Notes: generated from the letters alone by a model not told the origin. DNA of 64,000 nt from Patescibacteria group bacterium (GCA_038064855.1 JBBTSE010000007.1:18079-82078), one strand, 5' to 3'. Shown: positions 17,871-30,099, counted from the stretch's first letter. Program-made: numbers and translations.

Positions 17871-18244
17871 AGTACACTCCTCGTATCTATGCCAAGGCAC
17901 TTATTGAGTCACTCGCGGGCGCGTCTGCGGCGGCTCATGAAGGTATCATCAAGCGATTTTTTGCCGCGGTACGAAGACGGGGGGATGTTCGTCGCGTGCC
18001 GGAGATTATAGAGGCGGTGCGTGAGACCCTGCGCAGACGCGTGGGCGGTAGGCTTGTCGAGATAGCATTTGCACGCCGTCACAAAAAATCTATACTCGAT
18101 TCGTTTCGCACCCTTTTTACAAAACATGATGAAGTAGTCTTTCGTACCGAACCCGAGCTCGCGGCTGGCGTGCGTATTACTATTGATGGTGAACGCGAGT
18201 TTGATCAGACTGCTGCGCGACGCATCAAAAAACTTTTTCGTTAA
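17867..18244 (+). CDS. atpH: ATP synthase F1 delta subunit (short, 125 aa)
   Basis: YAKALIESLAG start. Operon position between b and alpha. ATGA overlap. Confidence 0.7.
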   Translation: MKYTPRIYAKALIESLAGASAAAHEGIIKRFFAAVRRRGDVRRVPEIIEAVRETLRRRVGGRLVEIAFARRHKKSILDSFRTLFTKHDEVVFRTEPELAAGVRITIDGEREFDQTAARRIKKLFR

Positions 18245-18253
18245 ATAATAATT

Positions 18254-19780
18254 ATGCAATACGACCTTGTTGAAAAACTAAAAAAAGAAATCGCCGGTTT
18301 TCGTGACGAACCTAGCTTGGAGGCGGTAGGTACGGTCGTAGAAGCTGGTGACGGCATCACTAAAATTTCAGGGCTTTCCAAAGCACAATCGCAAGAGCTT
18401 TTGGTCGTCGAGACGCCCGACGGTGATATTTTTGCTGTCGCGTTTAACCTCGAAGAACATTTTATCGGTGCGGTGTTGCTCGGTGAGCCGACTGCTGTGC
18501 GCGTTGGCGCAAAGGTACGCGGTACGGGTGCGATCCTTTCGATCCCTGTCGGCAAAGAGATGATCGGTCGCGCCGTCAGTCCGTTGGGAGTTGCCGTCGA
18601 CGGCAAAGGCGCACTTTTCAAAGATATTGATGATGCAGAAACCGCGCCACTCGAGCGCAAGGCACCATCAGTCGTCGCGCGTGAATCAGTCAATGTGCCA
18701 TTACATACCGGCATCAAAGCTATCGATGCGATGATCCCGATTGGTAGAGGGCAGCGCGAGCTTATTATTGGCGATCGTCAGACTGGTAAGACCGCGATTG
18801 CTATCGATACTATTTTAAATCAGAAAAATGAATCAAATCGCCCCATTTGTATCTATGTAGCGATCGGTCAGAAGAGCGCAAAGATCGCGCGCATCATACG
18901 CGTACTCGAAGAAGCTGACGCGCTTAAATATACTATTGTGGTTTCTGCACCGGCATCAGCTCCTGCGGCATTGCAGTATTTAGCACCATTCGCTGGGTGT
19001 GCTATCGGCGAATATTTTATGGATCAGGGTAAAGATGTGCTGGTTGTTTATGACGATCTTTCAAAACACGCTGACGCGTATCGCGAGCTCTCGCTCTTGT
19101 TGCGCCGTCCGCCAGGACGCGAGGCGTATCCAGGTGATATTTTCTTTTTGCATTCGCGTTTACTTGAACGAGCCGCGCGTCTCTCGCGCGAGTTTGGTGG
19201 CGGGTCGCTGACTGCGCTCCCCATCATCGAGACCAAGCTCGGTGACATCTCGGCGTATGTGCCTACCAATGTCATCTCCATCACTGACGGGCAGATTTAT
19301 CTTGAATCCGATTTGTTTACCAAGGGTTTGCGCCCCGCGGTCAATGTAGGTCTTTCGGTCTCGCGTGTGGGATCTGCAGCACAAACTAAGGCGATCAAAA
19401 AAGTAGCAGGCCGTTTGCGTCTTGAGCTCGCGCAATTTCGTGAGCTTGAGGCCTTTGTGCAGTTTGCATCTGACCTCGATGATGCTACCAAAGCAAAAAT
19501 TCACCGTGGGCAGATTTTGACCGAAGTGCTCAAGCAGTCTGATCTCCAACCGCTCGCGTTTGAGCGCGAAGCGGTTATCTTGTTTGCCGCACTCGGTGGG
19601 TATGTCGATGAGATTCCACGCCCTCGCATTAAAGAGTTTGAGGCGGGCTTGTTGCAGTATATCGAATCAATGCAAGGCGATATTTTCACAAAGATCGCGT
19701 CAACTCGTATGATTGATGACGAGACCGAAGCCGCGCTGGTGGGTGCTATCAAATCGTTTATAGAAGTGTTTACAAAATAA
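18254..19780 (+). CDS. atpA: ATP synthase F1 alpha subunit
   Basis: GDRQTGKT. Confidence 0.95.
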   Translation: MQYDLVEKLKKEIAGFRDEPSLEAVGTVVEAGDGITKISGLSKAQSQELLVVETPDGDIFAVAFNLEEHFIGAVLLGEPTAVRVGAKVRGTGAILSIPVGKEMIGRAVSPLGVAVDGKGALFKDIDDAETAPLERKAPSVVARESVNVPLHTGIKAIDAMIPIGRGQRELIIGDRQTGKTAIAIDTILNQKNESNRPICIYVAIGQKSAKIARIIRVLEEADALKYTIVVSAPASAPAALQYLAPFAGCAIGEYFMDQGKDVLVVYDDLSKHADAYRELSLLLRRPPGREAYPGDIFFLHSRLLERAARLSREFGGGSLTALPIIETKLGDISAYVPTNVISITDGQIYLESDLFTKGLRPAVNVGLSVSRVGSAAQTKAIKKVAGRLRLELAQFRELEAFVQFASDLDDATKAKIHRGQILTEVLKQSDLQPLAFEREAVILFAALGGYVDEIPRPRIKEFEAGLLQYIESMQGDIFTKIASTRMIDDETEAALVGAIKSFIEVFTK

Positions 19781-19781
19781 T

Positions 19782-22317
<2,536 letters not shown>

Positions 22318-22328
22318 ATCCTTCTTTT

Positions 22329-24020
22329 ATGGAAAGACATACGCCTTCAGGATTTTCCCATTTTTTTGCAGAAGCAAAGCACAATTGGAAAGCCGCGCTT
22401 ACAGTCTCGCTGGTCGCTATTCCTCTTTCTATATCACTCGCAGTTGCTGCAGGAGCTACACCAACCCAAGGCATCGTGACCGCTATCTGGGCGGGTGTCA
22501 TCGCAGGTATTTTTGGTGGCAGTAATTACAATATTACCGGTCCCACGGGCGCGCTCTCGGGCTTACTAGCAACATTTGTATTTATACACGGCGCCAATAG
22601 TTTGTGGCTTCTCTCAATGCTGGTTGGAGCGCTTATCTTGGTGGCGTGGTTTTTTCGCTTGGAACGTTATTTGATCTATATCCCCGCAAACACTATACAA
22701 GGGTTTACACTCGGTGTTGCCTTTATCATTGGGCTCAATCAGTTTAACTTTGCGTTCGGGCTGTCAGGACTTCCCAAGCATGAAGCTTTTATCGACAACC
22801 TTATTGAATCTTTCCGCCACATCGGCGATTCGTCTCTTGCTGCTATTCTCACTTTCGCCACTTTCTTTTTTTTAATGTTTACGATCGAGCGCGTTTGGAA
22901 GAAGATACCGAAAATGCCGCATTTGCCCGCGGCTGTTATTTTGACGCCTTTCGGTATTCTTCTCGGATATTTGTCTGCAACAGGTACAGTAGCTTTGGGG
23001 TTACAAACACTCGGCATGCGCTATGCTGATATTGCTCCACGGCTTTTCTTGCCGTATTCTTTTCAATTCCACATTGACCGATCTTTGTTTGTTGTCGCGA
23101 CGACGATCGCGCTTATCGCTATTTTAGAGACCATGCTTTCGGCAAAAATCGCTGATGGCATGACCAAGACCAAGCACAACAAACGCAATGAAATGTTGGG
23201 GTTGGGCCTCGCAAACCTTGCATCAGGATTCGCCGGTGGCATTCCCGCTACTGCCGCTCTCGCGCGTACCGCGCTCAATATCAAAAGCGGCGGCACACAC
23301 AAGTCATCCGCGGTGATGAGCTCGTTGTTCGTGGCCCTTATCTCGTTTGCGCTTTTATCGTCGTTTCAATATATACCGCTCGCGGTAATCGCGGCGATAT
23401 TGGTGACAGTCGCGGTGCGTATGGTTGAGCGCGAGCATTTCCGCCGCATGTGGGTGATTGATAAAAAGAGTTTTATCATCTCGCTTGTGGTCGCCAGCAT
23501 CACTATTTATGAAGATCCAATCGCTGGTATCTTGGTGGGTGCTGCGGTGTCGCTCGTACTCTTTCTTGATACGCTCTCGCGCGGTCAGTTTGATCTTGTA
23601 ATCAACGATACCAACAAAAAAATCGTAGGCCGGCTCTCTGGTCATGACATTGGCCAGATCACACAAAACTCTCACACGCTGGTATATTCTATCAAGGGGC
23701 ATTTGACCTATGTTGATAGTCAGGCGCACATCTCGCGATTTGAACTCAATCTCAATGGGTATGAAAATATCATTTTGCGTCTGCGAGAATTGTATTTCGT
23801 CGATCTTGATGGAGTTGACGCGTTTGATGAAATTATCTCAATCATCGAGCAACGCGGCAGAAAAGTATATATCACCGGAGCCAATGATTTAACGATTCAT
23901 ATCTTGCGTCAGAGTCATGCATTCAAGAGGCTCGAAAAAAATGATCAGGTATTTCCTCATACCGCCGATGCGCTCGAAAAGCTCGGGTTTGATCTCAACG
24001 TCGCGCACGAGTATCAATAA
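22329..24020 (+). CDS. SulP family inorganic anion transporter with C-terminal STAS domain
   Basis: NITGPTGALSGLLA SulP signature. STAS tail. Confidence 0.85.
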   Translation: MERHTPSGFSHFFAEAKHNWKAALTVSLVAIPLSISLAVAAGATPTQGIVTAIWAGVIAGIFGGSNYNITGPTGALSGLLATFVFIHGANSLWLLSMLVGALILVAWFFRLERYLIYIPANTIQGFTLGVAFIIGLNQFNFAFGLSGLPKHEAFIDNLIESFRHIGDSSLAAILTFATFFFLMFTIERVWKKIPKMPHLPAAVILTPFGILLGYLSATGTVALGLQTLGMRYADIAPRLFLPYSFQFHIDRSLFVVATTIALIAILETMLSAKIADGMTKTKHNKRNEMLGLGLANLASGFAGGIPATAALARTALNIKSGGTHKSSAVMSSLFVALISFALLSSFQYIPLAVIAAILVTVAVRMVEREHFRRMWVIDKKSFIISLVVASITIYEDPIAGILVGAAVSLVLFLDTLSRGQFDLVINDTNKKIVGRLSGHDIGQITQNSHTLVYSIKGHLTYVDSQAHISRFELNLNGYENIILRLRELYFVDLDGVDAFDEIISIIEQRGRKVYITGANDLTIHILRQSHAFKRLEKNDQVFPHTADALEKLGFDLNVAHEYQ

Positions 24021-24035
24021 TACTTAGCAGAAAAA

Positions 24036-24078
24036 GAAAAAAGGCCCATGCAATACTATTGCGTGGGCCTTGTGCGTT
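24036..24078. terminator. bidirectional terminator hairpin between convergent genes
   Basis: AAGGCCCATGCAATA/TATTGCGTGGGCCTT flanked by A- and T-rich runs. Confidence 0.55.
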
Positions 24079-24086
24079 GTGGTCGC

Positions 24087-24929
24087 CTAGGCGGCCATGA
24101 TGTATTCGGTGAGAACGTCGGCGATCTTGGGGTTGCGCCTCGGATCGACTTTCGTCGCATCGACTTCCGTGAGCTGCTTGGGATCGAGGTAGTAGGTGCG
24201 GAGTTTGCGCCGTCGCCACCAGCCGGACTTTTTGCCGTAGTCGACCTGACACATGCAGGTCACCTTGAGCCGCGGAAGAGATGTCGCCTTTTCCAGCTCA
24301 CCATTTTCGGCGAGTCTGACGGCTTCTGCCGTACGGACTCTTTCGTATTCGGCGACGATCCGGTCGCGAGCGACGATGAGGTCATGGAATTGCTCATCGA
24401 TAGTGAACTTGTGCTTGGCGAGCTTGAGACATGAGCAGTGGTCGAACAATACGATCTGGTAGATGCCCTTGAGCGCGATCGCGTCCATGATTTCGGCGAG
24501 CAGGTCCTTGTCGGTCGCGCGGCCTTGGATGTTGGTACGTGATCCGCGTACCAGTCGGTGCGCGCCCGCATGCCAGCTCATCACGTGCATGCGTGGGTAG
24601 ATGTACAGGAACGCCCAGATGAAGAGTAGCGAGGTACGCTTCATCCAGCTTGCGATGCGCGTGCTCCACCGGTGCTTGGTGGCGAACATGCCTGCGATAG
24701 ACAGGAGTCCACCCAAAAACCGGTCGCCGTCAGGGCACATGATGACGATCACGCCTTTTTCCAGCTCAAGCTGGTCATGCGCTACGTCATCGAGGACGCG
24801 GACGTTCGGGTGCCGGTAGAATCGTATGGCGCGGTAATCTGCGTCAGGCAGATGAGCACAGTACTGCGGTGGTATGAGCTTGGCAAGCCGTGCTCGGGCG
24901 CTGTTGGTTGCGAGGCCCTCTTTTTTCAC
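24087..24929 (-). CDS. hypothetical protein, GC-rich (>60%), no family recognised
   Basis: GTG start with SD GGAGGGG. Isolated minus-strand gene bracketed by terminators. Confidence 0.5.
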   Translation of the reverse strand: MKKEGLATNSARARLAKLIPPQYCAHLPDADYRAIRFYRHPNVRVLDDVAHDQLELEKGVIVIMCPDGDRFLGGLLSIAGMFATKHRWSTRIASWMKRTSLLFIWAFLYIYPRMHVMSWHAGAHRLVRGSRTNIQGRATDKDLLAEIMDAIALKGIYQIVLFDHCSCLKLAKHKFTIDEQFHDLIVARDRIVAEYERVRTAEAVRLAENGELEKATSLPRLKVTCMCQVDYGKKSGWWRRRKLRTYYLDPKQLTEVDATKVDPRRNPKIADVLTEYIMAA

Positions 24930-24960
24930 ATCCCCTCCATATTACTTGGCTTGAAAGGTT

Positions 24961-24990
24961 CTAAACACAAAAGGAACCTCGCGGTTCCTT
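24961..24990 (-). terminator. rho-independent terminator after cdaA
   Basis: AAGGAACC-tcgc-GGTTCCTT then TTTGTGTTT on the minus strand. Confidence 0.6.
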
Positions 24991-25036
24991 CTCCATGTCA
25001 AGTAAACCCCCGCGCGGGAGGGTTGTCAATGACGCG

Positions 25037-26266
25037 CTAGGGGCGCTCGGGTACTAGATTGACTTCTATTACTTCAGGAGATTTGCCGATGGTCAGCTGG
25101 ATGTTTGGCGGGGAGAGTGAGATGACTGAAAAGGTCAGAGGCCGTTTGACCATATTGTCATCGATGACTAGTTTTCGTTTGCCGGGAGCAAACCCGATTG
25201 CGTCAACCAATACTTCGAGTGATGCAGGGTCAAGTTGGTCAAACGCGCGTCCGCGCGATTCGAGTGTGATCGTGATCGTTTTGGGGTTTGAGTTTTCTAC
25301 CACCAGCGTTTCGCTCAGATTGCGATAGGTGATGGGTACAACAAAATCACGCCTAATCGTACCCGTTTGGTACACCAAGAAAAACCAAAGAACCAGAGAG
25401 ATCGCGAGTGCGCCCACTTTTTCTTTCGTATTTCTGCGTACGATATTGTGCCAAATGGGTGAGGCCTCGCGCGGAAATTTTACACGGAAAAAATCTCGCA
25501 TTCTATCTTCTACTTTGCCGATGTCATCAAAGGTTTCGAGCTTACCGTTTTGCGCGATTGATATCTGCCCGCGTTCTTCCGATACGATGAGTGCGAGCGC
25601 GTCAGAGCGTTCGGCGATACCCAGGCCCGCTGCATGTCGCGTGCCAAATTTGCCTATTTGATCGAAATCATGCGAGAGCGGCAGGTGCGTGCCCAGTATG
25701 GCGATACGATTGTGTCTGATGATGACGGCACCATCATGTCCGGGTGAGGTCGGATCAAAAATACTCTCGAGTAGTTCTTGTGAGACGATGCCGTCAACCA
25801 CACGCCCACCTTCAACATGCCGGTCGATATTTTCCGCGCCAGCGATGATGACGAGTGCGCCAATCTTGCGATACGCAAGGTTAGTCGCGGCCTGCAACAA
25901 GCTGTTGATGAGTGGCGAGACTTCCATAGCTTCGTCGCGCTGTTCGCGGCGCGTGCCAAGGAGTGCGAGAAATTCAAAAAACCTACGCAGTTCATCCTGA
26001 AAGATTACTACGAGCACTACGATGAATGCGCCAAAGAATGCGCGGAGTATGAGCGAGGTTAGATAGAGATTGAATACTTGCGAGAAGGCATAAATACCGA
26101 CTACGATCGCGATACCCGCAAATACCGAGTTTGATCGCGTGCGCCGAAAGAGCATGAGTCCCGCGTACATGATGACGGTGACCATGAGTACATCAAAAAC
26201 ATCGGTGAAATATAATTCACGCGCGAGCTTTGAGAAGGGTAAAATCACCGCAAGTACCTCTGGCAT
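25037..26266 (-). CDS. cdaA: diadenylate cyclase CdaA fused to a C-terminal YbbR(CdaR)-like domain
   Basis: N-terminal TMs. DAC motifs DGAVII and GTRHAAG. A further TM then about 150 aa YbbR-like beta-rich domain. Confidence 0.8.
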   Translation of the reverse strand: MPEVLAVILPFSKLARELYFTDVFDVLMVTVIMYAGLMLFRRTRSNSVFAGIAIVVGIYAFSQVFNLYLTSLILRAFFGAFIVVLVVIFQDELRRFFEFLALLGTRREQRDEAMEVSPLINSLLQAATNLAYRKIGALVIIAGAENIDRHVEGGRVVDGIVSQELLESIFDPTSPGHDGAVIIRHNRIAILGTHLPLSHDFDQIGKFGTRHAAGLGIAERSDALALIVSEERGQISIAQNGKLETFDDIGKVEDRMRDFFRVKFPREASPIWHNIVRRNTKEKVGALAISLVLWFFLVYQTGTIRRDFVVPITYRNLSETLVVENSNPKTITITLESRGRAFDQLDPASLEVLVDAIGFAPGKRKLVIDDNMVKRPLTFSVISLSPPNIQLTIGKSPEVIEVNLVPERP

Positions 26267-26313
26267 ACGACTACTCTACCATATTGAAAAAAGCCCTTCC
26301 ACCTGCTAGGGTT

Positions 26314-27711
26314 ATGGCGATGAAGTCAATCACTTTTAGCTTTGCCGACCAGCTTCCTAAGGGCAAGGATATTGCCCGTGTGGTGCCCGTTGAGTCAAAA
26401 GACACCGAGGTTACGCGTACCAAAACGGGTAGCCGCGAGATTCGTATTGGTGTAGATGCATTCAAAAAGATGACGCGCCGCAAGCTCCAGACACTCTTTC
26501 GCCGCGTGATCACAATCGCCAAGCAAAACCGCATCAAACAGTTAGCAATAGATATGAATGACTTTGCGTTTGCAAACTTGGCACTTCCCATACGCGATGT
26601 TGGTCAGATGGCGGCTATCAACATGCAGCTCGCAAACTTTGAGTTTATCCGCTACAAAACCAAACCCAAAGAAGGTTGGAATCTCGTAGAAAAAATAACT
26701 ATCAAAGGCGCCAAAAGCAAAGACATGCGCGAAGGTTTTCGTAGGGGTCAGATTATATCTGGCGAGATAAATAAAATGCGTGAGCTTGCCAATACGCCGG
26801 GAGGTGAGATGACGCCCGCAGTACTCGCCAAGGCGGCGATGGACGCGGCAGACGATACGGATATCAATGTGCAGGTACTCGGTGTGATCGAGATGGAGCT
26901 TTTGGGCATGGGCGGTATTCTTGGCGTTGGCAAAGGATCAGACTCTGAACCAAAGTTTATCGTGATGGAGTATATGGCAGGCGAGTTGGGGCAAAAACCT
27001 ATCGTGCTCGTCGGCAAAGGAATCACTTTTGATACAGGAGGGCTCAATCTCAAACCGGGTATGTCGATGGAAGAGATGCATATGGATATGTCAGGAGGGG
27101 CGGCTGTCATCCATGCGATTACTGCTGCAGCCAAGCTGGGTGTGAAGCGCAATATTGTGGCGCTCGTACCTGCCGCAGAAAATATGCCGTCAGGTAGAAG
27201 TTATCGTATGGGTGATGTATTGCGTACTATGAATGGCAAGACGATTGAGATCGGCCACACTGATGCCGAAGGCCGCGTGGTACTCGCAGACGCGCTTGAA
27301 TATTCAAAACGCTACAAACCCGAAGTTGTTATCGATGTAGCCACACTGACAGGTGCGGCCCAAGTAGCACTCGGGCAAAAAGCGTCAGCATTTTTTGCCA
27401 CTGACGAAATACTTGAGAAAAAAATACGCGAGCTCGGTGAAAAGTCTGGCGACTATGTCTGGCCGTTTCCACTGTGGGAAGAATACGAGAGCATGATCAA
27501 GGGCACCTTTGCTGATGTGACCAATTCGAGCAAAACGCGCGGAGCAGGCGCCATTGAGGGCGCAATGTTTTTGTGGCAATTTATCAAAGGTACGCCGTGG
27601 GTGCATATCGATATGGCGCCGCGTATGAGTTCTGCGGAAGGCGATTTTTTGGCCAAGGGTTCAACCGGTGAGCCCATGCGTTTACTCATCGCCTTTCTTG
27701 AGTCACAATAG
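26314..27711 (+). CDS. pepA: leucyl aminopeptidase (M17)
   Basis: NTPGGEMTP, VGKGITFDTGG, NTDAEGRVVLADAL. Confidence 0.9.
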   Translation: MAMKSITFSFADQLPKGKDIARVVPVESKDTEVTRTKTGSREIRIGVDAFKKMTRRKLQTLFRRVITIAKQNRIKQLAIDMNDFAFANLALPIRDVGQMAAINMQLANFEFIRYKTKPKEGWNLVEKITIKGAKSKDMREGFRRGQIISGEINKMRELANTPGGEMTPAVLAKAAMDAADDTDINVQVLGVIEMELLGMGGILGVGKGSDSEPKFIVMEYMAGELGQKPIVLVGKGITFDTGGLNLKPGMSMEEMHMDMSGGAAVIHAITAAAKLGVKRNIVALVPAAENMPSGRSYRMGDVLRTMNGKTIEIGHTDAEGRVVLADALEYSKRYKPEVVIDVATLTGAAQVALGQKASAFFATDEILEKKIRELGEKSGDYVWPFPLWEEYESMIKGTFADVTNSSKTRGAGAIEGAMFLWQFIKGTPWVHIDMAPRMSSAEGDFLAKGSTGEPMRLLIAFLESQ

Positions 27712-27715
27712 ATAG

Positions 27716-27973
27716 GTGACATTTCGCGATAAAGTTTTTGCAATAGTAAAAAAGATTCCTCGGGGTAAGGTGCTCACCTATAGCGAGGTAGCTCGTCGCG
27801 CGGGTAGCCCGCGTGCACAGCGTGCGGTGGGTAATATCATCGGCACCAATCGCAGCCCACGGATTCCGTGTCATCGGGTGATACGCACTGACGGCAAGAT
27901 AGGCGGATATAGTATGGGTGGCACGCGCGTCAAAGAAAAAAAGTTACGAGCTGAAGGATATATACTTCTCTAA
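27716..27973 (+). CDS. MGMT-family protein (O6-alkylguanine-DNA alkyltransferase catalytic/DNA-binding domain only)
   Basis: Active-site IPCHRVI. 85 aa. No N-terminal domain. Confidence 0.75.
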   Translation: MTFRDKVFAIVKKIPRGKVLTYSEVARRAGSPRAQRAVGNIIGTNRSPRIPCHRVIRTDGKIGGYSMGGTRVKEKKLRAEGYILL

Positions 27974-28690
27974 ATGATACTCAAGGCGATTATTATATTT
28001 TTGGTAGTTTATACACTCGCGTCTGGCGCGCGTTTTTGGTTTTATTTGCGACGCGCGAAGTTGCTCATGAGCTCAACCCCTCGGCAAGATTATGTGATTG
28101 CAGGTGGCGAGAAAAAACTATCAGTCACAATTTTGGGTGATAGTACGGCGGTAGGTACAGGAGCGAGTGGCTATACTAAAACCTATCACTATCAATTTTT
28201 AGAACGACACAAAAACAACTATTCTTTTGATGTACAAAATAAAGGTGTGGTAGGCGCGCGCACCGCTGACCTTGCGCGTCAGATTGAGAGTATGGGGCAC
28301 AGTGACCTTGCCATCATATCGATAGGTGGCAATGATGTGACGCATGGTACCGAGTGGGCGAGTGTTGAACGAGACTTGTCAGGTGCGCTTGGCGCGGTAT
28401 CACAAAAAGCAAAGCGTGTAGTGCTGCTGACCCCGGGTGATTTGGGCGATGTGCTGATAGTGCCGTATCCACTGCGTAAATATTGGGCGACTAAAAGTCC
28501 CAAACTAAGTGTGCTTGCCGCGCGCGTTGCGAGTGATAAAAAAATAACGCATATCGATATTTATGCGCTTGGTGGTACGCAGTTTCGCGATGAGCCGTAT
28601 GTATATTATGCGAGCGATCTTTTTCATCCGAGTGATGCTGGATACAAGCTGTGGGCAGATGCGCTCGATGCAAAAGTAAATTTTGAATAA
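27974..28690 (+). CDS. SGNH/GDSL hydrolase family protein, membrane anchored
   Basis: Block I TILGDSTAVG. Block V DLFHPSDAGY. Confidence 0.75.
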   Translation: MILKAIIIFLVVYTLASGARFWFYLRRAKLLMSSTPRQDYVIAGGEKKLSVTILGDSTAVGTGASGYTKTYHYQFLERHKNNYSFDVQNKGVVGARTADLARQIESMGHSDLAIISIGGNDVTHGTEWASVERDLSGALGAVSQKAKRVVLLTPGDLGDVLIVPYPLRKYWATKSPKLSVLAARVASDKKITHIDIYALGGTQFRDEPYVYYASDLFHPSDAGYKLWADALDAKVNFE

Positions 28691-28719
28691 AAAAATGCCA
28701 ACCGGTGTTGCCGGTTGGC
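28688..28719 (-). terminator. rho-independent terminator for the minus-strand TA operon (also abuts + strand SGNH stop)
   Basis: GCCAACCGG-tgttg-CCGGTTGGC with T-run on the minus strand. Second hairpin GTCGCGC-tgt-GCGCGAC adjacent. Confidence 0.6.
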
Positions 28720-28858
28720 GTGAGTCGCGCTGTGCGCGACGATCAGGGTGCGAGGCCGATGGTGAGCGGGTACGCGAGGGGTTCGGAGAACGGGAGAGCC
28801 ACTTCGGAGATCTGAAGCGTATCTTGGAAGGTGTTTGAGTAGCTTCTACACCCCGCGC

Positions 28859-28990
28859 TAGTAAGACTGGAAACGGCAGTCCGCGTTGTCGGCGAGGAAG
28901 CCGATGAGGAAGGCGAGTAGGATCGCCGTGTGGTTGAGCATCGCCCAGATGTCCATCTTGCCGGTCGGTCGCTTTGCGTTCGAGTTCATG
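28859..28990 (-). CDS. small membrane protein, 43 aa (MNSNAKRPTGKMDIWAMLNHTAILLAFLIGFLADNADCRFQSY)
   Basis: SD GGAAAGGA 9 nt upstream of ATG. Third gene of the TA operon. Below the ORF-track size cutoff. Confidence 0.4.
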
Positions 28991-29087
28991 ATCTCTATCC
29001 TTTCCTTTGTCAGGAGAGCTCTTCGCTCTCGTTGTTGAAGATCAAGTTCGATATATTAGTGCCATACAAACGCCTGTTTGTCTATAT

Positions 29088-29351
29088 TTATCGTTTTCGG
29101 TAGGTGGTAGAAGCACGTCGCTCGATTGCGGTAATATCGACAAGACAGTCTTTCGTATAGAGGTCAAAAAGAATACGCCAAGCGCCAACCCTGCGCCGAT
29201 AGCTTGTCTCTAATCCTTTGAGCTTTATCGTATCACCAGCGAGCGGATCCGCATACATGTCTCGGATCGCATGTTCCATATGCTCGCGCTCTTTTTGTGG
29301 AGCTTTAGCGATATTTTTTGCCGCTCTTTTGCGAAGCGAGATATTCCACAT
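29088..29351 (-). CDS. type II toxin, RelE/ParE family
   Basis: LKGLETSYRRRVGAWRILFDLYTKDCLVDITAIERR matches the RelE core (yRlRvGdYRiiY...v.il.ig.R). Confidence 0.7.
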   Translation of the reverse strand: MWNISLRKRAAKNIAKAPQKEREHMEHAIRDMYADPLAGDTIKLKGLETSYRRRVGAWRILFDLYTKDCLVDITAIERRASTTYRKR

Positions 29352-29619
29352 GAGCAAAGAAGTCATCAATAGTCATGGACTCTGATGCGCGGCCTTTTTT
29401 GATCGCCTGCAATTCGGTAGATGTTGGCGTGCGGGTAGAGATAGGGCGCAATGGAATAGTTGACGCTTTACCAGATTCCGCAAGTATAAGCTCTTCGAGA
29501 TATGAAGAGCGGCTTCGCTTCCATACTTTTGCGCGTTCTGTGACAAGGCGGCTCATCGCTGGTTTAAGCGCGAAGCTGGTAGGTCTCCGTTTTTCGGAAG
29601 TTTCTTTTATTTTAGGCAT
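29305..29619 (-). CDS. type II antitoxin (ribbon-helix-helix-like N-terminus)
   Basis: Immediately upstream of and overlapping the toxin. RRPTSFALKPAMSRLVTERAKVW. Confidence 0.55.
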   Translation of the reverse strand: MPKIKETSEKRRPTSFALKPAMSRLVTERAKVWKRSRSSYLEELILAESGKASTIPLRPISTRTPTSTELQAIKKGRASESMTIDDFFAHVEYLASQKSGKKYR

Positions 29620-29675
29620 ATATACTAATTCCTAGTGCAAAGTTAGTGTATCATATATCTTATTGTGCTGTCTAT

Positions 29676-29715
29676 ATAAAAAATCCCCCCGAGCACTTGC
29701 TAGTGCTGCGGGGGT
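29676..29715 (-). terminator. rho-independent terminator ending the lexA-divergent small-protein operon
   Basis: CCCCCCGAGCACT-tgct-AGTGCTGCGGGGG. TTTTTT on the minus strand. Confidence 0.65.
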
Positions 29716-29861
29716 TTGGTGCGCCCGAGGCGCTCTTCGCGTTCTTTGTACTCTTGGTCTGCCAAGACTTCGAGGTCTTTGGCGGCTTGTTTGATGCGTC
29801 GGCCAAGGCCAACGGCGAGGAGTGCCATTACGGTGCCGCCTAGGATGATCTTCACGATCAT
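29700..29861 (-). CDS. micro-protein C, 53 aa single-TM (MIVKIILGGTVMALLAVGLGRRIKQAAKDLEVLADQEYKEREERLGRTKPPQH)
   Basis: SD GGCGGAG. ATG overlaps the stop of micro-protein B (TGATG). GC-rich. Confidence 0.5.
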   Translation of the reverse strand: MIVKIILGGTVMALLAVGLGRRIKQAAKDLEVLADQEYKEREERLGRTKPPQH

Positions 29862-29974
29862 CAGTCTACTCCGCCAGAGCGCTTGCGATCTTGTCTATTT
29901 GAAAGAAGCGCGCCCACGAGCAGTAGCACCAGCGCCACCGCGACGACGACACCAGCCCACATTGCCACGGTCAT
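29861..29974 (-). CDS. micro-protein B, 37 aa single-TM (MTVAMWAGVVVAVALVLLLVGALLSNRQDRKRSGGVD)
   Basis: SD AAGGAGGAG. ATG overlaps the stop of A (TGATG). Confidence 0.5.
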   Translation of the reverse strand: MTVAMWAGVVVAVALVLLLVGALLSNRQDRKRSGGVD

Positions 29975-30099
29975 CACTCCTCCTTGTTGTACTCCCAGAT
30001 CTCTTCGTTTGATTGTTCGATGGCGTTGGCTACGAAGTAGCCGAGGCCAAACAGTGACGCACCACAGACCGCAACGAATCCAAGAACTTGCAACAACAC
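29974..30099 (-). CDS. micro-protein A, 41 aa single-TM ((V)LLQVLGFVAVCGASLFGLGYFVANAIEQSNEEIWEYNKEE)
   Basis: GTG start 7 nt after SD GGAGG. Follows the 112-aa gene after a 36-nt gap. Confidence 0.45.
   Translation of the reverse strand: MLLQVLGFVAVCGASLFGLGYFVANAIEQSNEEIWEYNKEE

Noticed and set aside
24260-24669. Ser/Arg-rich minus ORFs overlapping 24087..24929
   Set aside because: Alternative-frame shadows of the GC-rich hypothetical gene.
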